A model generated the notes under the pieces. That model did no database searches and was not told where the DNA came from. It saw only the letters and a program-made list of their open reading frames with translations. Position numbers and translations under genes: made by a program. Below are positions 43,790 to 53,343 of a stretch of DNA of 64,000 nucleotides, in pieces (position 1 is the stretch's first letter; every line of letters starts with the position of its first letter). The DNA lies in IMG/VR virus record IMGVR_UViG_2974597248_000001, positions 49,479 to 113,478 of that record; one strand, 5' to 3'. This DNA is from a virus (Duplodnaviria; Heunggongvirae; Uroviricota; Caudoviricetes; Demerecviridae).

Positions 43790-44134
43790 ATGACTATAGT
43801 ACTAATTCTTGTTACCACCTGGTTTTTAATCGGCGCTGTGTATGCAGTAGCTATACTCAGACACTTAGATGAATATTCTGCTGAATGGTTCATTAAACAC
43901 CTTCGTATAGACAACAAGGAGCACGAGTTTGAAAACGAAAAACAAAGAAAAGCAGTTGAAGAAATGACAGGCGAAGAATGTTTATTCTACATGCGTGCAA
44001 TAGGATTCTTAGGATTATTTGGTGCTGGCCCACTAGGTTTTACCATAGCCCCTTATAAAGAAACAGTAGACGATATTAAGTTATGGAGAAATGCAGGGGT
44101 ACTACGCAAAGCTAGAGAAACCAATATTACATAA
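43790..44134 (+). CDS. membrane protein
   Basis: An RBS (GGAG) lies at 43781; TM helices. Confidence 0.45.
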   Translation: MTIVLILVTTWFLIGAVYAVAILRHLDEYSAEWFIKHLRIDNKEHEFENEKQRKAVEEMTGEECLFYMRAIGFLGLFGAGPLGFTIAPYKETVDDIKLWRNAGVLRKARETNIT

Positions 44135-44178
44135 GATTGATACTAAATCAACTTACTAGCAAAAGCAAATAATGACAA

Positions 44179-44216
44179 AGCCCAGCCTGCACTTTTGCGA
44201 CTGGGCTATTTTTATA
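44179..44216 (+). terminator. rho-independent terminator
   Basis: AGCCCAG...CTGGGCT followed by ATTTTTAT. Confidence 0.6.
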
Positions 44217-44228
44217 ATAAAATTTTAG

Positions 44229-44257
44229 TTGCTTAGATGCCTAAACTTTTGTATAAT
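44229..44257 (+). promoter_or_regulatory. T5-early-type sigma70 promoter
   Basis: TTGCTT-17-TATAAT. Confidence 0.6.
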
Positions 44258-44288
44258 ATACTCATAGATTGAGGCAAGAGGATTAAAT

Positions 44289-44969
44289 ATGAGAATCATC
44301 TCTAAATTCGTAGATGTGTATGATTTGCAGAACAGTTTATTTGACGCAGATCGTGTTTGGGAACGTAAAACTGAAGAGCTAACAATAAAAGCCCCAGATG
44401 ATGGCAACTATATGATCATGCAAGAACGTAGGATTGCTCGTATTGAGGGGAAGATTGGCTACTTTAAAATTTTGCCTTTCTTCCTAGCTGGGGAGATTTA
44501 CTGGTTATACCACATTGATGTACTGGATACCCAAGTAAAAACCTTCAGTCTGGACAAGGCGTTAGAAATTTTAGATGAGAATGGATGGTCAGCAGGATTT
44601 TCTTTACTAGACATAAATAGGGGAAAGCCAAAAGAGTCTATCTTATCATGGCAAGAAGAAGTTACCCCGAAAGCTAAAGAAGCCTTATCTGAGTTAAGAG
44701 TACCGCTAGCAGTTCTAGATTCATTAGTTCCAAATGATAAAGATAACAATAAATACTTCAAGGTTATAACTAATCCGCGTCTACACCTATCAGGTATTCC
44801 GTGGCAGGAAATTGAAGGTAACTTATACCGTTTACACCAGATGATCGAGCAATATATCTGGGGCGTGTTGGGGACGGGCGAGCCTGATATGATTACTGTA
44901 TCAGATAAAGACCGTTTAGCAGCACATGGATTTGATACGGTTACGTCATTCAGGAATATGAAAAGATGA
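44289..44969 (+). CDS. hypothetical protein
   Basis: 226 aa; promoter at 44229-44257. Confidence 0.55.
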   Translation: MRIISKFVDVYDLQNSLFDADRVWERKTEELTIKAPDDGNYMIMQERRIARIEGKIGYFKILPFFLAGEIYWLYHIDVLDTQVKTFSLDKALEILDENGWSAGFSLLDINRGKPKESILSWQEEVTPKAKEALSELRVPLAVLDSLVPNDKDNNKYFKVITNPRLHLSGIPWQEIEGNLYRLHQMIEQYIWGVLGTGEPDMITVSDKDRLAAHGFDTVTSFRNMKR

Positions 44970-45409
44970 TAAAAAACTTTATCGGTTCTCTATGGAAAGG
45001 TAAGTGGTATATCCTGGGAGCAGGTCTAGCGATAGGCATCGGATTCGGTGCTTATCACTTAGTAGATAAAGTGGAGACTTTATCGGGAGATCTTGCAGTA
45101 GCTACTAAAAAGATCTCTTCTCTAGAGACTTCCCTTAATAAGGTGAAAGCTGAAAGCGAACTTCGTGAGACTAGAATGAATCAGTATTTCACAATGAATA
45201 ATATTTCGCAAGCAGATCTAGACAAAAAGATCAAGCAGTTAGATAAAGCACTTAGTCGTCAAGATGTTATCGCTGCAAAGCCTGGATTGGTAACATTAAT
45301 TGCTAAAAAGCAGAATAAAGAGTTCGAGGAAAGATTAGCGTGTTTAACTGGAAACTTGGAATACTGCTCGCAGCCGCAATCACAATCACAGGCTGTGCAG
45401 AAGAAATAA
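44966..45409 (+). CDS. putative i-spanin (N-terminal TM plus periplasmic coiled coil)
   Basis: N-terminal TM segment (WYILGAGLAIGIGFGAY) followed by a coiled coil. It overlaps the next gene, which encodes a lipoprotein. Confidence 0.5.
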   Translation: MIKNFIGSLWKGKWYILGAGLAIGIGFGAYHLVDKVETLSGDLAVATKKISSLETSLNKVKAESELRETRMNQYFTMNNISQADLDKKIKQLDKALSRQDVIAAKPGLVTLIAKKQNKEFEERLACLTGNLEYCSQPQSQSQAVQKK

Positions 45410-45693
45410 AACCAGAGCCATCTCATGAGTTAAAGCAAGCTCATGTAGACTGGCCTAAAGGACTTCAACCTTGTAGCTTTGACTTTAAGTTTGAAAAGAA
45501 ATTAGCTACAAATGGAGAAGATGGCGTAGTAGTTGTTGTACCATATAAAGATTGGAATGCAAAAGCAAAATGTGAGGAAGCAGTTTACTCTTACATTTCA
45601 CGACTGACTGGTATGGTTTGCTTCTATCGCCAAGATTTACAAGAAAAACGTTGCTTAGTTTACTATCCACCAATTAACAATAGGAAAGATTAA
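45340..45693 (+). CDS. putative o-spanin (outer-membrane lipoprotein, overlapped architecture)
   Basis: Lipobox LAAAITITGC; the start is embedded in the i-spanin frame (70-nt overlap). Confidence 0.5.
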   Translation: MFNWKLGILLAAAITITGCAEEIKPEPSHELKQAHVDWPKGLQPCSFDFKFEKKLATNGEDGVVVVVPYKDWNAKAKCEEAVYSYISRLTGMVCFYRQDLQEKRCLVYYPPINNRKD

Positions 45694-46445
45694 TGTCAGT
45701 ATTAGTCGGTTTACATGGTGAAGCTGGTTCGGGAAAAGATACCGTTGCAAAATTAATTATCGATTGGTGTAATGACACATATCCAACGTGTTTACCACGT
45801 CGTTATAGTTTTGCTAAGCCCGTTTATGAACTTGCATCCGTAATCCTCGGTGTAACTCCAGAGTTTCTAGGAGAGCGCAGGGGGAAAGAGATTGACCAAT
45901 GGTTTACGGTCACACAATCTCAATTGGAGCGAGCCAGAGATGTGTGGTTTAAGTACGGTATCGATAAGTTTGAAGACTTCTCGTACGTTTGGCCTATTTT
46001 TGAGGAAAAATATCTTAATCCTCAACAACTTATCTCAGAGAATAAAGAAGACGGACTTTATAGTTTATTTATTTCTCCGAGAAAAATGTTACAGCTCGTA
46101 GGGACAGAGCTAGGAAGACAGCTGGTGCATGAACGCATTTGGCTCATAATTCTGGAGCAATCCATCACTAAAGACGACCCAGACGTCGCCGTAATAACAG
46201 ATGTTAGATTCCCCAATGAAGGAGAGCTACTCAGAGAAACAAACCATTTAGATATGGATTCTTTGATAGTAAATGTAGTACCCGCTGAGCAGAAGTTTAC
46301 TATTAAATCAGATCATCCATCTGAAAGTGGTATTCCTGCAAAATATATTACTCACGAATTAGTTAATAAATTCGATGGTATCAATAACCTTAAACTAGAA
46401 GTTTATAACTTCTGTGACTTAGAGCTAGAACCACTAGTTGGATAA
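45693..46445 (+). CDS. dnk: deoxynucleoside monophosphate kinase
   Basis: P-loop GEAGSGKDT at the N-terminus. The 250-aa length matches what I recall for T5 dNMP kinase. Confidence 0.65.
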   Translation: MSVLVGLHGEAGSGKDTVAKLIIDWCNDTYPTCLPRRYSFAKPVYELASVILGVTPEFLGERRGKEIDQWFTVTQSQLERARDVWFKYGIDKFEDFSYVWPIFEEKYLNPQQLISENKEDGLYSLFISPRKMLQLVGTELGRQLVHERIWLIILEQSITKDDPDVAVITDVRFPNEGELLRETNHLDMDSLIVNVVPAEQKFTIKSDHPSESGIPAKYITHELVNKFDGINNLKLEVYNFCDLELEPLVG

Positions 46446-46457
46446 TCAAGGATCGCT

Positions 46458-47042
46458 ATGACTAATAAAAAAGAAGAAAAGACTAACCTGTTTCACTCCA
46501 TTCGCCAATCTAATGAGTATACCTTTTTCTTTGATGAAGAATTAGGCCCGCCGGATGAATACCGTGATTTATCAATGGTACTTATGCAGGCACATGAGGA
46601 CGACGAAATTAATCTGATGATTAATGGCCCGGGTGGTTATGTTGATACTGCTGCACAGTTATCTAACTTAATTGCTAATTGCCGTGGAACAGTTATAGGA
46701 CATCTGGTTGGTCCTAGTGCTTCTGCTTACTGCACAATTTTCTTATCCTGCCATGGGTGGGTAGTACATCCACATGCTACGCTAATGGGACACACGTTCT
46801 CTGGCGGATTCTGTGAGAAGGGTCAAGAAATCAAGAAAGCCTATGAATCTTACAACAAGTTCGTAGAAGATATGATGCTAGATGTCTACTATCCGTTCTT
46901 CTCAATAGACGAAATCGACGAGATGGTAAAAGACAACAAAAATATCTATCTAGATAGCAAAGAAATCCATAAGCGTATTGAAATCTTGGCAAAATATCGA
47001 TCTGAGCAATATAATAAAGCCCAGTTACCTCAGTCAGAGTAG
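46458..47042 (+). CDS. ClpP-like serine protease
   Basis: INGPGGYV...GPSASAY (Ser) ...MGHTFSGG (His), aligning with the E. coli ClpP core. Confidence 0.55.
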   Translation: MTNKKEEKTNLFHSIRQSNEYTFFFDEELGPPDEYRDLSMVLMQAHEDDEINLMINGPGGYVDTAAQLSNLIANCRGTVIGHLVGPSASAYCTIFLSCHGWVVHPHATLMGHTFSGGFCEKGQEIKKAYESYNKFVEDMMLDVYYPFFSIDEIDEMVKDNKNIYLDSKEIHKRIEILAKYRSEQYNKAQLPQSE

Positions 47043-47066
47043 CATAACGAAGAGTAAGTAGTTTTA

Positions 47067-47100
47067 AGCCAGGGTTTAACGACCCTGGCTTTTCTTTTAT
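47067..47100 (+). terminator. rho-independent terminator after the ClpP-like gene
   Basis: GCCAGGG...CCCTGGC followed by TTTTCTTTT. Confidence 0.65.
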
Positions 47101-47160
47101 GTAAAATTCTTCTTGACAACGACAAAATTTTATGCTCCAGAAGTGATCTTTAAAAACACA

Positions 47161-47189
47161 TTGTAATTTTCCTCCAAAATTAGTATAAT
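47161..47189 (+). promoter_or_regulatory. sigma70 promoter upstream of holin
   Basis: TTGTAA-17-TATAAT. Confidence 0.45.
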
Positions 47190-47213
47190 GGTACTGGTTA
47201 GAGGAGGTTACAA

Positions 47214-47870
47214 TTGGAAAAGTTCTTACAATTATTAACGGTACTGCTCCAAGAAGCGAAAGATCCAGCATCGCTTCTTAAACGTCTGCTAACTATCTTA
47301 GTTGCTGTCATTATTTTCTTATTTGTTAGTAATACTAGTGAGGTGATGTCGTTCTTAAAGACTTTCTCCACGTCTGCGGTTCTACAGGATGTTCAAACTC
47401 AAAGGATAAGTAATTTTCCTAACGTAGCTAGAGAAAAGAGCATGGTGCTTTTTTCCCAAACGGGTGCGGATGCTGTTTTTGTAGTCAAGTATAAACCCGA
47501 TGCCATTAATGATTATTCTAACATTATTGCATGGGAAAGCAATGCGCAATTAGATAGGGCTGACTTGGCCGATAAAGCGGTAAACAAGACGTCTGAGCTA
47601 TATAGACGTCACTTAGACGGCTTTAACTACGCATCGGATTTAAGTGTAAAAGTAAATAAATACATGGGGTTAAATATACCTGCGTTTAAGAACGTTACTT
47701 TTAATTACATATACACTTGTCCGTATTTCAATCTAAACAATATCTATGCTGGATATATTGGTATTGCTTGGAAAGATAATCCTGTAGATGCAGCCGATTC
47801 TGAGAAATTTAACGAGTATTTAACAAAGCTCTGTTCCCCACAACAGAGATCTTTAGGTAGATCAATATGA
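47214..47870 (+). CDS. holin
   Basis: 218 aa, N-terminal TM segment, immediately upstream of the endolysin and overlapping it by 4 nt. Confidence 0.65.
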   Translation: MEKFLQLLTVLLQEAKDPASLLKRLLTILVAVIIFLFVSNTSEVMSFLKTFSTSAVLQDVQTQRISNFPNVAREKSMVLFSQTGADAVFVVKYKPDAINDYSNIIAWESNAQLDRADLADKAVNKTSELYRRHLDGFNYASDLSVKVNKYMGLNIPAFKNVTFNYIYTCPYFNLNNIYAGYIGIAWKDNPVDAADSEKFNEYLTKLCSPQQRSLGRSI

Positions 47871-48280
47871 GTTTTAAATTTGGTAAAAATAGCGAAAAAC
47901 AATTAGCTACCGTTAAGCCAGAGCTACAAAAAGTAGCTCGTAGAGCTTTAGAATTATCTCCATATGATTTCACAATCGTACAGGGTATTCGTACAGTAGC
48001 ACAAAGTGCCCAGAATATTGCTAATGGTACTTCATTTTTAAAAGATCCTAGTAAAAGCAAGCATATTACTGGGGATGCCATTGATTTTGCTCCATACATT
48101 AATGGCAAAATTGATTGGAATGATTTAGAAGCATTTTGGGCAGTTAAAAAGGCTTTTGAACAAGCTGGTAAAGAACTAGGCATTAAACTTCGTTTTGGTG
48201 CTGATTGGAATGCTTCGGGAGATTATCACGATGAAATAAAACGTGGTACCTATGATGGCGGTCATGTCGAACTAGTTTAA
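47867..48280 (+). CDS. lys: endolysin, L-alanyl-D-glutamate peptidase (M15-type)
   Basis: 137 aa; the sequence matches what I recall of T5 endolysin (H..D...H zinc site); terminator downstream. Confidence 0.85.
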   Translation: MSFKFGKNSEKQLATVKPELQKVARRALELSPYDFTIVQGIRTVAQSAQNIANGTSFLKDPSKSKHITGDAIDFAPYINGKIDWNDLEAFWAVKKAFEQAGKELGIKLRFGADWNASGDYHDEIKRGTYDGGHVELV

Positions 48281-48290
48281 TTAATAACTT

Positions 48291-48315
48291 AGGCGGGAAT
48301 ATTCCCGCCTTTTTA
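48291..48315 (+). terminator. rho-independent terminator after the endolysin gene
   Basis: Perfect palindrome GGCGGGAAT/ATTCCCGCC followed by TTTTT. Confidence 0.7.
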
Positions 48316-48359
48316 GGCAAAAGGGGGCTTTAATAATTTTCTAAAGATAGGAGAAAGCC

Positions 48360-48776
48360 ATGTTTGCAGAACTATTCACTATGATGCTGCTAGGTATCTG
48401 GAAAATAAGTCTAGTAGTATTCGTTTTAATGATAGTCTTTACTATCCTTGCATTAACTACCCGAAATAGCTTATTAATAAAGGTTATTCACGGACTAGAG
48501 TATATAATTATGGGTTCATTCGGCGTTTGTAAATGCAATTGCCATAGAGATACGAAATATTGTTGGTTATGGATGGAACTAGAGAATCCTATATCCATAG
48601 CTTTGGCTGTTTCATTCGGCATGATTCTTATGGCCCTTACTCTAGCATTAATACCTTTGATGTTAGCTGGGGGAGTTACAGCGTATTTCACCCTTTTCTC
48701 CCCGATACTTATGTACTCAATTTACCCAATAACTATGTATCTAGTTAGGAAAAGATTTATACATGCAGTAGATTAA
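48360..48776 (+). CDS. membrane protein
   Basis: 138 aa, multi-TM. Confidence 0.5.
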   Translation: MFAELFTMMLLGIWKISLVVFVLMIVFTILALTTRNSLLIKVIHGLEYIIMGSFGVCKCNCHRDTKYCWLWMELENPISIALAVSFGMILMALTLALIPLMLAGGVTAYFTLFSPILMYSIYPITMYLVRKRFIHAVD

Positions 48777-48789
48777 GATAAAAAAGTAT

Positions 48790-48818
48790 TTGACTTTTAG
48801 CCCTAGTTATTATATAAT
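48790..48818 (+). promoter_or_regulatory. sigma70 promoter
   Basis: TTGACT-17-TATAAT. Confidence 0.6.
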
Positions 48819-48851
48819 ATATACATAAATTAGTTAAGAGAGGTATATATT

Positions 48852-49280
48852 ATGTCTGATCGTTTCTACACTCAAATGGCGGAACATTTTCGTATACCAC
48901 ATTACGAGCTAAACATTGCACTCCGTGATCATGACTCTCCTGAGTACAAAAAGCTCGAAAAGAAAGCGGAAAAATCTATTGATACAAAGGTAGGTGCATC
49001 TATGTCTAAGGGCAAAAAGTTAACTCGTCTTGATCTTAATAAAATTTTAACTGAACTTTTGGGTACTGATATTGAAGGTGCTAAATTACCGCTTCTTGTA
49101 CTAGAGACTATGATTAAAAAGGTCAAAAATAAAGAGTATAAAAAGGTAGAAGTCCCAGAAGGCAGATTGAAGGCTCCTTATCAGGAAGCATTAACCGAGT
49201 GTTTGGGTGTAAATCTTGATCTAAGCACCGCAACTGTTAAGTGCATGAAAAACTTCTTAGAGGCTATTAATAAACTATGA
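48852..49280 (+). CDS. hypothetical protein
   Basis: 142 aa; promoter at 48790-48818. Confidence 0.55.
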   Translation: MSDRFYTQMAEHFRIPHYELNIALRDHDSPEYKKLEKKAEKSIDTKVGASMSKGKKLTRLDLNKILTELLGTDIEGAKLPLLVLETMIKKVKNKEYKKVEVPEGRLKAPYQEALTECLGVNLDLSTATVKCMKNFLEAINKL

Positions 49281-49804
49281 TTACACAGGATACTCTTAAA
49301 CAGATGTTCAATTACGACCCTGAAACGGGAATCTTTACATGGAAAGTAAGTAGAGGACCGAAAAAGAAGGGCGATATAGCAGGAACACTCACTAAAGATG
49401 GATACATTAGAATAACCATTAATAAACGCCCTTATTATGCGCAGTAATTAGCATGTCTATACATGACTGGAGAATGGCCAGAGCATGAGATGGACCATGA
49501 AAATCGCATAACCTATGATAATAGGTGGTGTAATATTCGTAATGCTACTAAACAGGAAAATCTAAGAAATAGGAAGGCATGGGGTAAATCCGGCTATTTA
49601 GGAGTTTCATGGAATCGAGGTAAGTGGCAAGTCTACGTCGTGAACTCAAATGGAGAAAGTATATCCGGCGGGCGTTTTGAACATAAAGATTTAGAATTGG
49701 CAGTTAAATCAGCCAATACTTTAAGAGCAAAATTGCACGGGGAACGTGCTATTTTTGAAGAATTTACAGGATATATACCTAATATTGGAGAGTTAAATAA
49801 ATGA
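49277..49804 (+). pseudogene. HNH homing endonuclease disrupted by an in-frame TAA at 49445-49447
   Basis: N-terminal 56 codons (MITQDTLKQMFNYDPETGIF...) and the C-terminal HNH plus AP2 part (EMDHENRITYDNRWCN...) lie in the same frame. They align end to end with the intact paralog at 53337..53873; the stop falls where the paralog has Arg. Confidence 0.7.
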
Positions 49805-50091
49805 GTAAATTAGTATATCTATTGAAAGGTTCCACTTGCAATCCTTGCAAACTTTTCGAGCCAGTATTTGATAAAGTAGTCAGTGACTATAATTTGGAAA
49901 TCCATAAAGAGACTGATAATACAGAATTAATGCAGAAATTTGGTGTGCGCCAAGTTCCTGTAGTAGTTCTGGCGGATCGTTTACCTAATGGTCGAGTAGA
50001 AGCTAATCATATTCTGATTGGACGTCAGCTTCGTAAAGAAACTATGCACGAAGCTATTAAAAATTTCCTGGATGATAATCCAGAGGACTAA
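49801..50091 (+). CDS. thioredoxin/glutaredoxin-like protein (CNPC)
   Basis: CxxC motif (GSTCNPCKLF) and length about 96 aa. Confidence 0.6.
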   Translation: MSKLVYLLKGSTCNPCKLFEPVFDKVVSDYNLEIHKETDNTELMQKFGVRQVPVVVLADRLPNGRVEANHILIGRQLRKETMHEAIKNFLDDNPED

Positions 50092-50098
50092 TAAACAA

Positions 50099-50130
50099 AG
50101 CCTGATCTTAGCTGATCAGGCTTTTATTTT
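50099..50130 (+). terminator. rho-independent terminator
   Basis: AGCCTGATC...GATCAGGCT followed by TTTATTTT. Confidence 0.65.
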
Positions 50131-50132
50131 AC

Positions 50133-50161
50133 TTGCTTTTTGCTAAAAATTTTGATATAAT
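50133..50161 (+). promoter_or_regulatory. T5-early-type sigma70 promoter
   Basis: TTGCTT-17-TATAAT. Confidence 0.6.
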
Positions 50162-50188
50162 ACTTATATAAATTGATTGGAGGATTAA

Positions 50189-50434
50189 ATGTTAGCGGAA
50201 CAAGCAAAACGTTTAGCCAGGATAAATAGAGCCACCCTTCTTAAGAGCAGAAAGAAACCATATAAGTATGTTAAAAAGAGAATAGTTTCTTCTGTGGAGA
50301 TTGGAGGCTCTTTTGTACAGTTTAATCGTGATGAAATTAGTTATGAAGCTATAAAAGCCCTCTATAAAGAGGGTTATACTCTCCAACTATCCAATGATTA
50401 TGGCACAACTATTTTAACTGTTATTTGGGAATAA
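50189..50434 (+). CDS. hypothetical protein
   Basis: 81 aa; promoter at 50133-50161. Confidence 0.5.
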   Translation: MLAEQAKRLARINRATLLKSRKKPYKYVKKRIVSSVEIGGSFVQFNRDEISYEAIKALYKEGYTLQLSNDYGTTILTVIWE

Positions 50435-50436
50435 TT

Positions 50437-51288
50437 ATGAAAAAAGAATTTAATGTACATAAAACTCTAGTAGTGCCGGATGACGCCAACTTGTTTTTCG
50501 TCGGTGATATTCATGGGTGCAATGATTTGCTAGAAGATGCGTTGAAATTAGCTGGGTATAATAGCAAAAAAGATTGCGTAGTATGTGTTGGTGACTTAAT
50601 TGATCGAGGCACACAAAACTTACAAGTTTTAGCCAAATTCCTATATAATCCACGCTTTATCAGTGTCCGTGGTAATCATGACCAATTTATGATTGCAGGA
50701 GATTGGGCTAATTGGATGTATAATGGTGGTATGTGGGCCATGAATGAACTAGATGCAGACACCATTAAAAATATTGCCGAAGATATGGCTGAAAAAATGC
50801 CTTTACTTATGACTGTGCTACATAGGGGGAAAAAATACGGTGTAGTACATGCCGCAGTACCAATTGAATACAAAGAATGCGGTAATGAAGTAAAAACCCC
50901 TAACTGGGACAATCTAGTAATGCAACTAGAACACTCTACTGGTCATGATTTATGGGATCTTATGGATGGATGTTTATGGGATCGTGACATTATTCAGGAT
51001 GTATTCTCCCATATGTCTAATAATACAGATCATCCATATTTTCAAAGATATGCGGGAATGCCGGAAGAATTAATAAACCTAGTGCCAGAAGTTATGGGGG
51101 TGGATTTTGTATTCCATGGTCATACCGGAGTCCCTTACCCTTTTGCGTATAAAAATCGTGTTTATCTTGATACTGGCGGTGTTTTCAACGGGCAGTTGAC
51201 GGTTGCGCAAGTTAACGATGAAACTGGCAAAATTACCACATTTACCACAGATAAAAATAATAGCTGCGGTGTACAGAGGGTTCTTTAA
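50437..51288 (+). CDS. Ser/Thr protein phosphatase (metallophosphatase, lambda-PPase-like)
   Basis: GDIHGC...GDLIDRG...GNHD motifs. Confidence 0.75.
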   Translation: MKKEFNVHKTLVVPDDANLFFVGDIHGCNDLLEDALKLAGYNSKKDCVVCVGDLIDRGTQNLQVLAKFLYNPRFISVRGNHDQFMIAGDWANWMYNGGMWAMNELDADTIKNIAEDMAEKMPLLMTVLHRGKKYGVVHAAVPIEYKECGNEVKTPNWDNLVMQLEHSTGHDLWDLMDGCLWDRDIIQDVFSHMSNNTDHPYFQRYAGMPEELINLVPEVMGVDFVFHGHTGVPYPFAYKNRVYLDTGGVFNGQLTVAQVNDETGKITTFTTDKNNSCGVQRVL

Positions 51289-51518
51289 TGAAAAAGTTAA
51301 TTCTATTATCTGTGCTATTATTGGCTGGTTGCAATCCTTTTGACAAGGGTATTAGAATCCAGTATGAGGATATAAAGTATCTCTGTGAACAATCTGGTGG
51401 AGTTATTAACACAGAAACTTATCAAATAGGGGTGTCCAAAGGTATAGTACTAGACACTGTAGTTATCACACAAACATGTGATAGAACTCCTAAAAACAAG
51501 GAGGGGCATAATGAATGA
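51288..51518 (+). CDS. lipoprotein
   Basis: Signal peptide plus lipobox MKKLILLSVLLLAGC. Confidence 0.55.
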   Translation: MKKLILLSVLLLAGCNPFDKGIRIQYEDIKYLCEQSGGVINTETYQIGVSKGIVLDTVVITQTCDRTPKNKEGHNE

Positions 51519-51798
51519 TCGCGTAAAAAGTACAAGAAGAATTACGAGCGATGCGTATTGATGCCCTTCGTTGGAGGACATTAGTTAATGCTTTTGTAAA
51601 AGGGGGATACCGGAATAATATATTCTGGAATAGCAGTCAATTTTTGTTTTAATTCTCCTGCTGAAATAGAGATAGAAACAAGGCTTACTACCTACCTTAA
51701 TGAGGTAGACCTTAAGGAAGGAGAGACTCCCGAAGAGTTTAAAACCAAAGTGTTAACCTCTTGGGTTGATAGTTTAATACAGAATAAGGGAAAGAGTA

Positions 51799-52389
51799 AT
51801 GAAAGTTAAATTCTGGTCAGACTTGCATCTAGATCACCCTGGGGTGTTACGTTTCCGTCCGTGGTTTAAGAACATGAAAGAGCACGATGAGTATATTCTA
51901 GACACTTTGTCCAAGCATATTGGTAAACGAACAAAACTTATTTTGCTAGGGGATATTGCAGTAGGTAGTGAAGGTCTGGCCAAATTAAAGTCGGTTATCC
52001 ACAATGTTCCTAATCAACCCATTATGGGTAATCATGATGCGGAACGTCAAGGACTGAGCATTAGGGACTTAGCAGAAGTCTATGATGATATTCAGGCTTT
52101 AGGTAAACAGACTGGGGGTGGCAAAAAGTTTTGGTTATCTCACTGCCCTTTGCACCCTAATGAACTTCGTGGCAAACTAAATATTCATGGACATGTACAT
52201 ACTACTTCTTTACGTGATCCACGTTATATCAATGTCTCATTTGAAATGAGTAAAATTCCAATTCCACTAGAGGATATTGTATCTGGTAAGTTTACTAGCT
52301 ACGATAGAGTAGTTAATTGTACTACCGGCGAAGTATTACAAATAGGGGAAGATGTAGCTGCTGTATTACGTGGTGATATAAATGTCTAA
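51799..52389 (+). CDS. calcineurin-like metallophosphoesterase
   Basis: DLHLDHP...GDIAVG...GNHD...GHVH motifs. Confidence 0.6.
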   Translation: MKVKFWSDLHLDHPGVLRFRPWFKNMKEHDEYILDTLSKHIGKRTKLILLGDIAVGSEGLAKLKSVIHNVPNQPIMGNHDAERQGLSIRDLAEVYDDIQALGKQTGGGKKFWLSHCPLHPNELRGKLNIHGHVHTTSLRDPRYINVSFEMSKIPIPLEDIVSGKFTSYDRVVNCTTGEVLQIGEDVAAVLRGDINV

Positions 52390-52497
52390 GTATATAGCTG
52401 AGGCTATTATTAAACGAGTCATACAAGCGATAGCAATACTTATAATCATTTGTATTGCTATTGGCACAGGATTAGGCATTTTAATTAAAAGTTTTAT

Positions 52498-52526
52498 TTG
52501 CTAAAATGCTTAAGTTTCTGTATAAT
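52498..52526 (+). promoter_or_regulatory. T5-early-type sigma70 promoter
   Basis: TTGCTA-17-TATAAT. Confidence 0.6.
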
Positions 52527-52556
52527 TACTTTATAAATTGATGAGAAGGAATCAAA

Positions 52557-52988
52557 ATGAACAAAGTTGATAAAGCTCTAGTTTTCGCAGCAGCAGATAA
52601 GTTTGAACAAGTTAAGGCAACTTTCCGAACCTTGTTCCAGTCTTACGTTCAGGATAAGTCTAATCCTATCTCTGAACGTTTGATGGTCTGGGAATGTCAT
52701 GCTTGCAATGCCCTATTAATTGCGGATTATCGTAGCGATATAGATAAAGATCTATGCGAAATTCTTATCCCTGAGGAGGCAGAACGTTATCAGTTAATCT
52801 CTTTCCAAGATTTGGCGGAGCATATCATTCCTGATGATCTCTGGGATAAATACTATGGTGATCCTGAAGATGAAGGAATGACTCCAGAAGCCTGTATTGA
52901 GCTGATCTGCAAAGATCATCCTGAAATTGCAGAGAAATTTGAAAAAGTTTTTGCTTCTGAGTTCTCCGGCGTTGTTAACGATTGGTAA
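52557..52988 (+). CDS. hypothetical acidic protein
   Basis: 143 aa; promoter at 52498-52526. Confidence 0.55.
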   Translation: MNKVDKALVFAAADKFEQVKATFRTLFQSYVQDKSNPISERLMVWECHACNALLIADYRSDIDKDLCEILIPEEAERYQLISFQDLAEHIIPDDLWDKYYGDPEDEGMTPEACIELICKDHPEIAEKFEKVFASEFSGVVNDW

Positions 52989-53005
52989 GTAATTAAAAAA
53001 TTCAG

Positions 53006-53034
53006 TTGCTTTAAGCCTTAAAATTCTGTATAAT
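53006..53034 (+). promoter_or_regulatory. T5-early-type sigma70 promoter
   Basis: TTGCTT-17-TATAAT. Confidence 0.6.
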
Positions 53035-53064
53035 AAGTTTATAAATTAATGAGAGGAAATTCTA

Positions 53065-53343
53065 ATGGAAAACATGACTAAAGACTTCGACGCCTCTAAC
53101 CTTACCAAGACTGAAATGGCCAATGTATTAGCAATTCTCCTCGACATGCAAGGATTTGAGGGGCAACTGATGAAAATGTCTATTCCGGCGATGAAGAAGA
53201 TGTATGATTCTCTTAACAAGAACGCTATGGCCTTTAACTTAGCAAAACAAGAGGCACGCTTTGCTAAGGAGCATCAAGCAGTGGCAGAACGCCGAGCAGC
53301 TAGCTTTGAGCGTGAAGTCAAGCAATTAAAGAAAAAATGCTAA
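53065..53343 (+). CDS. hypothetical protein
   Basis: 92 aa; promoter at 53006-53034. Confidence 0.5.
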   Translation: MENMTKDFDASNLTKTEMANVLAILLDMQGFEGQLMKMSIPAMKKMYDSLNKNAMAFNLAKQEARFAKEHQAVAERRAASFEREVKQLKKKC

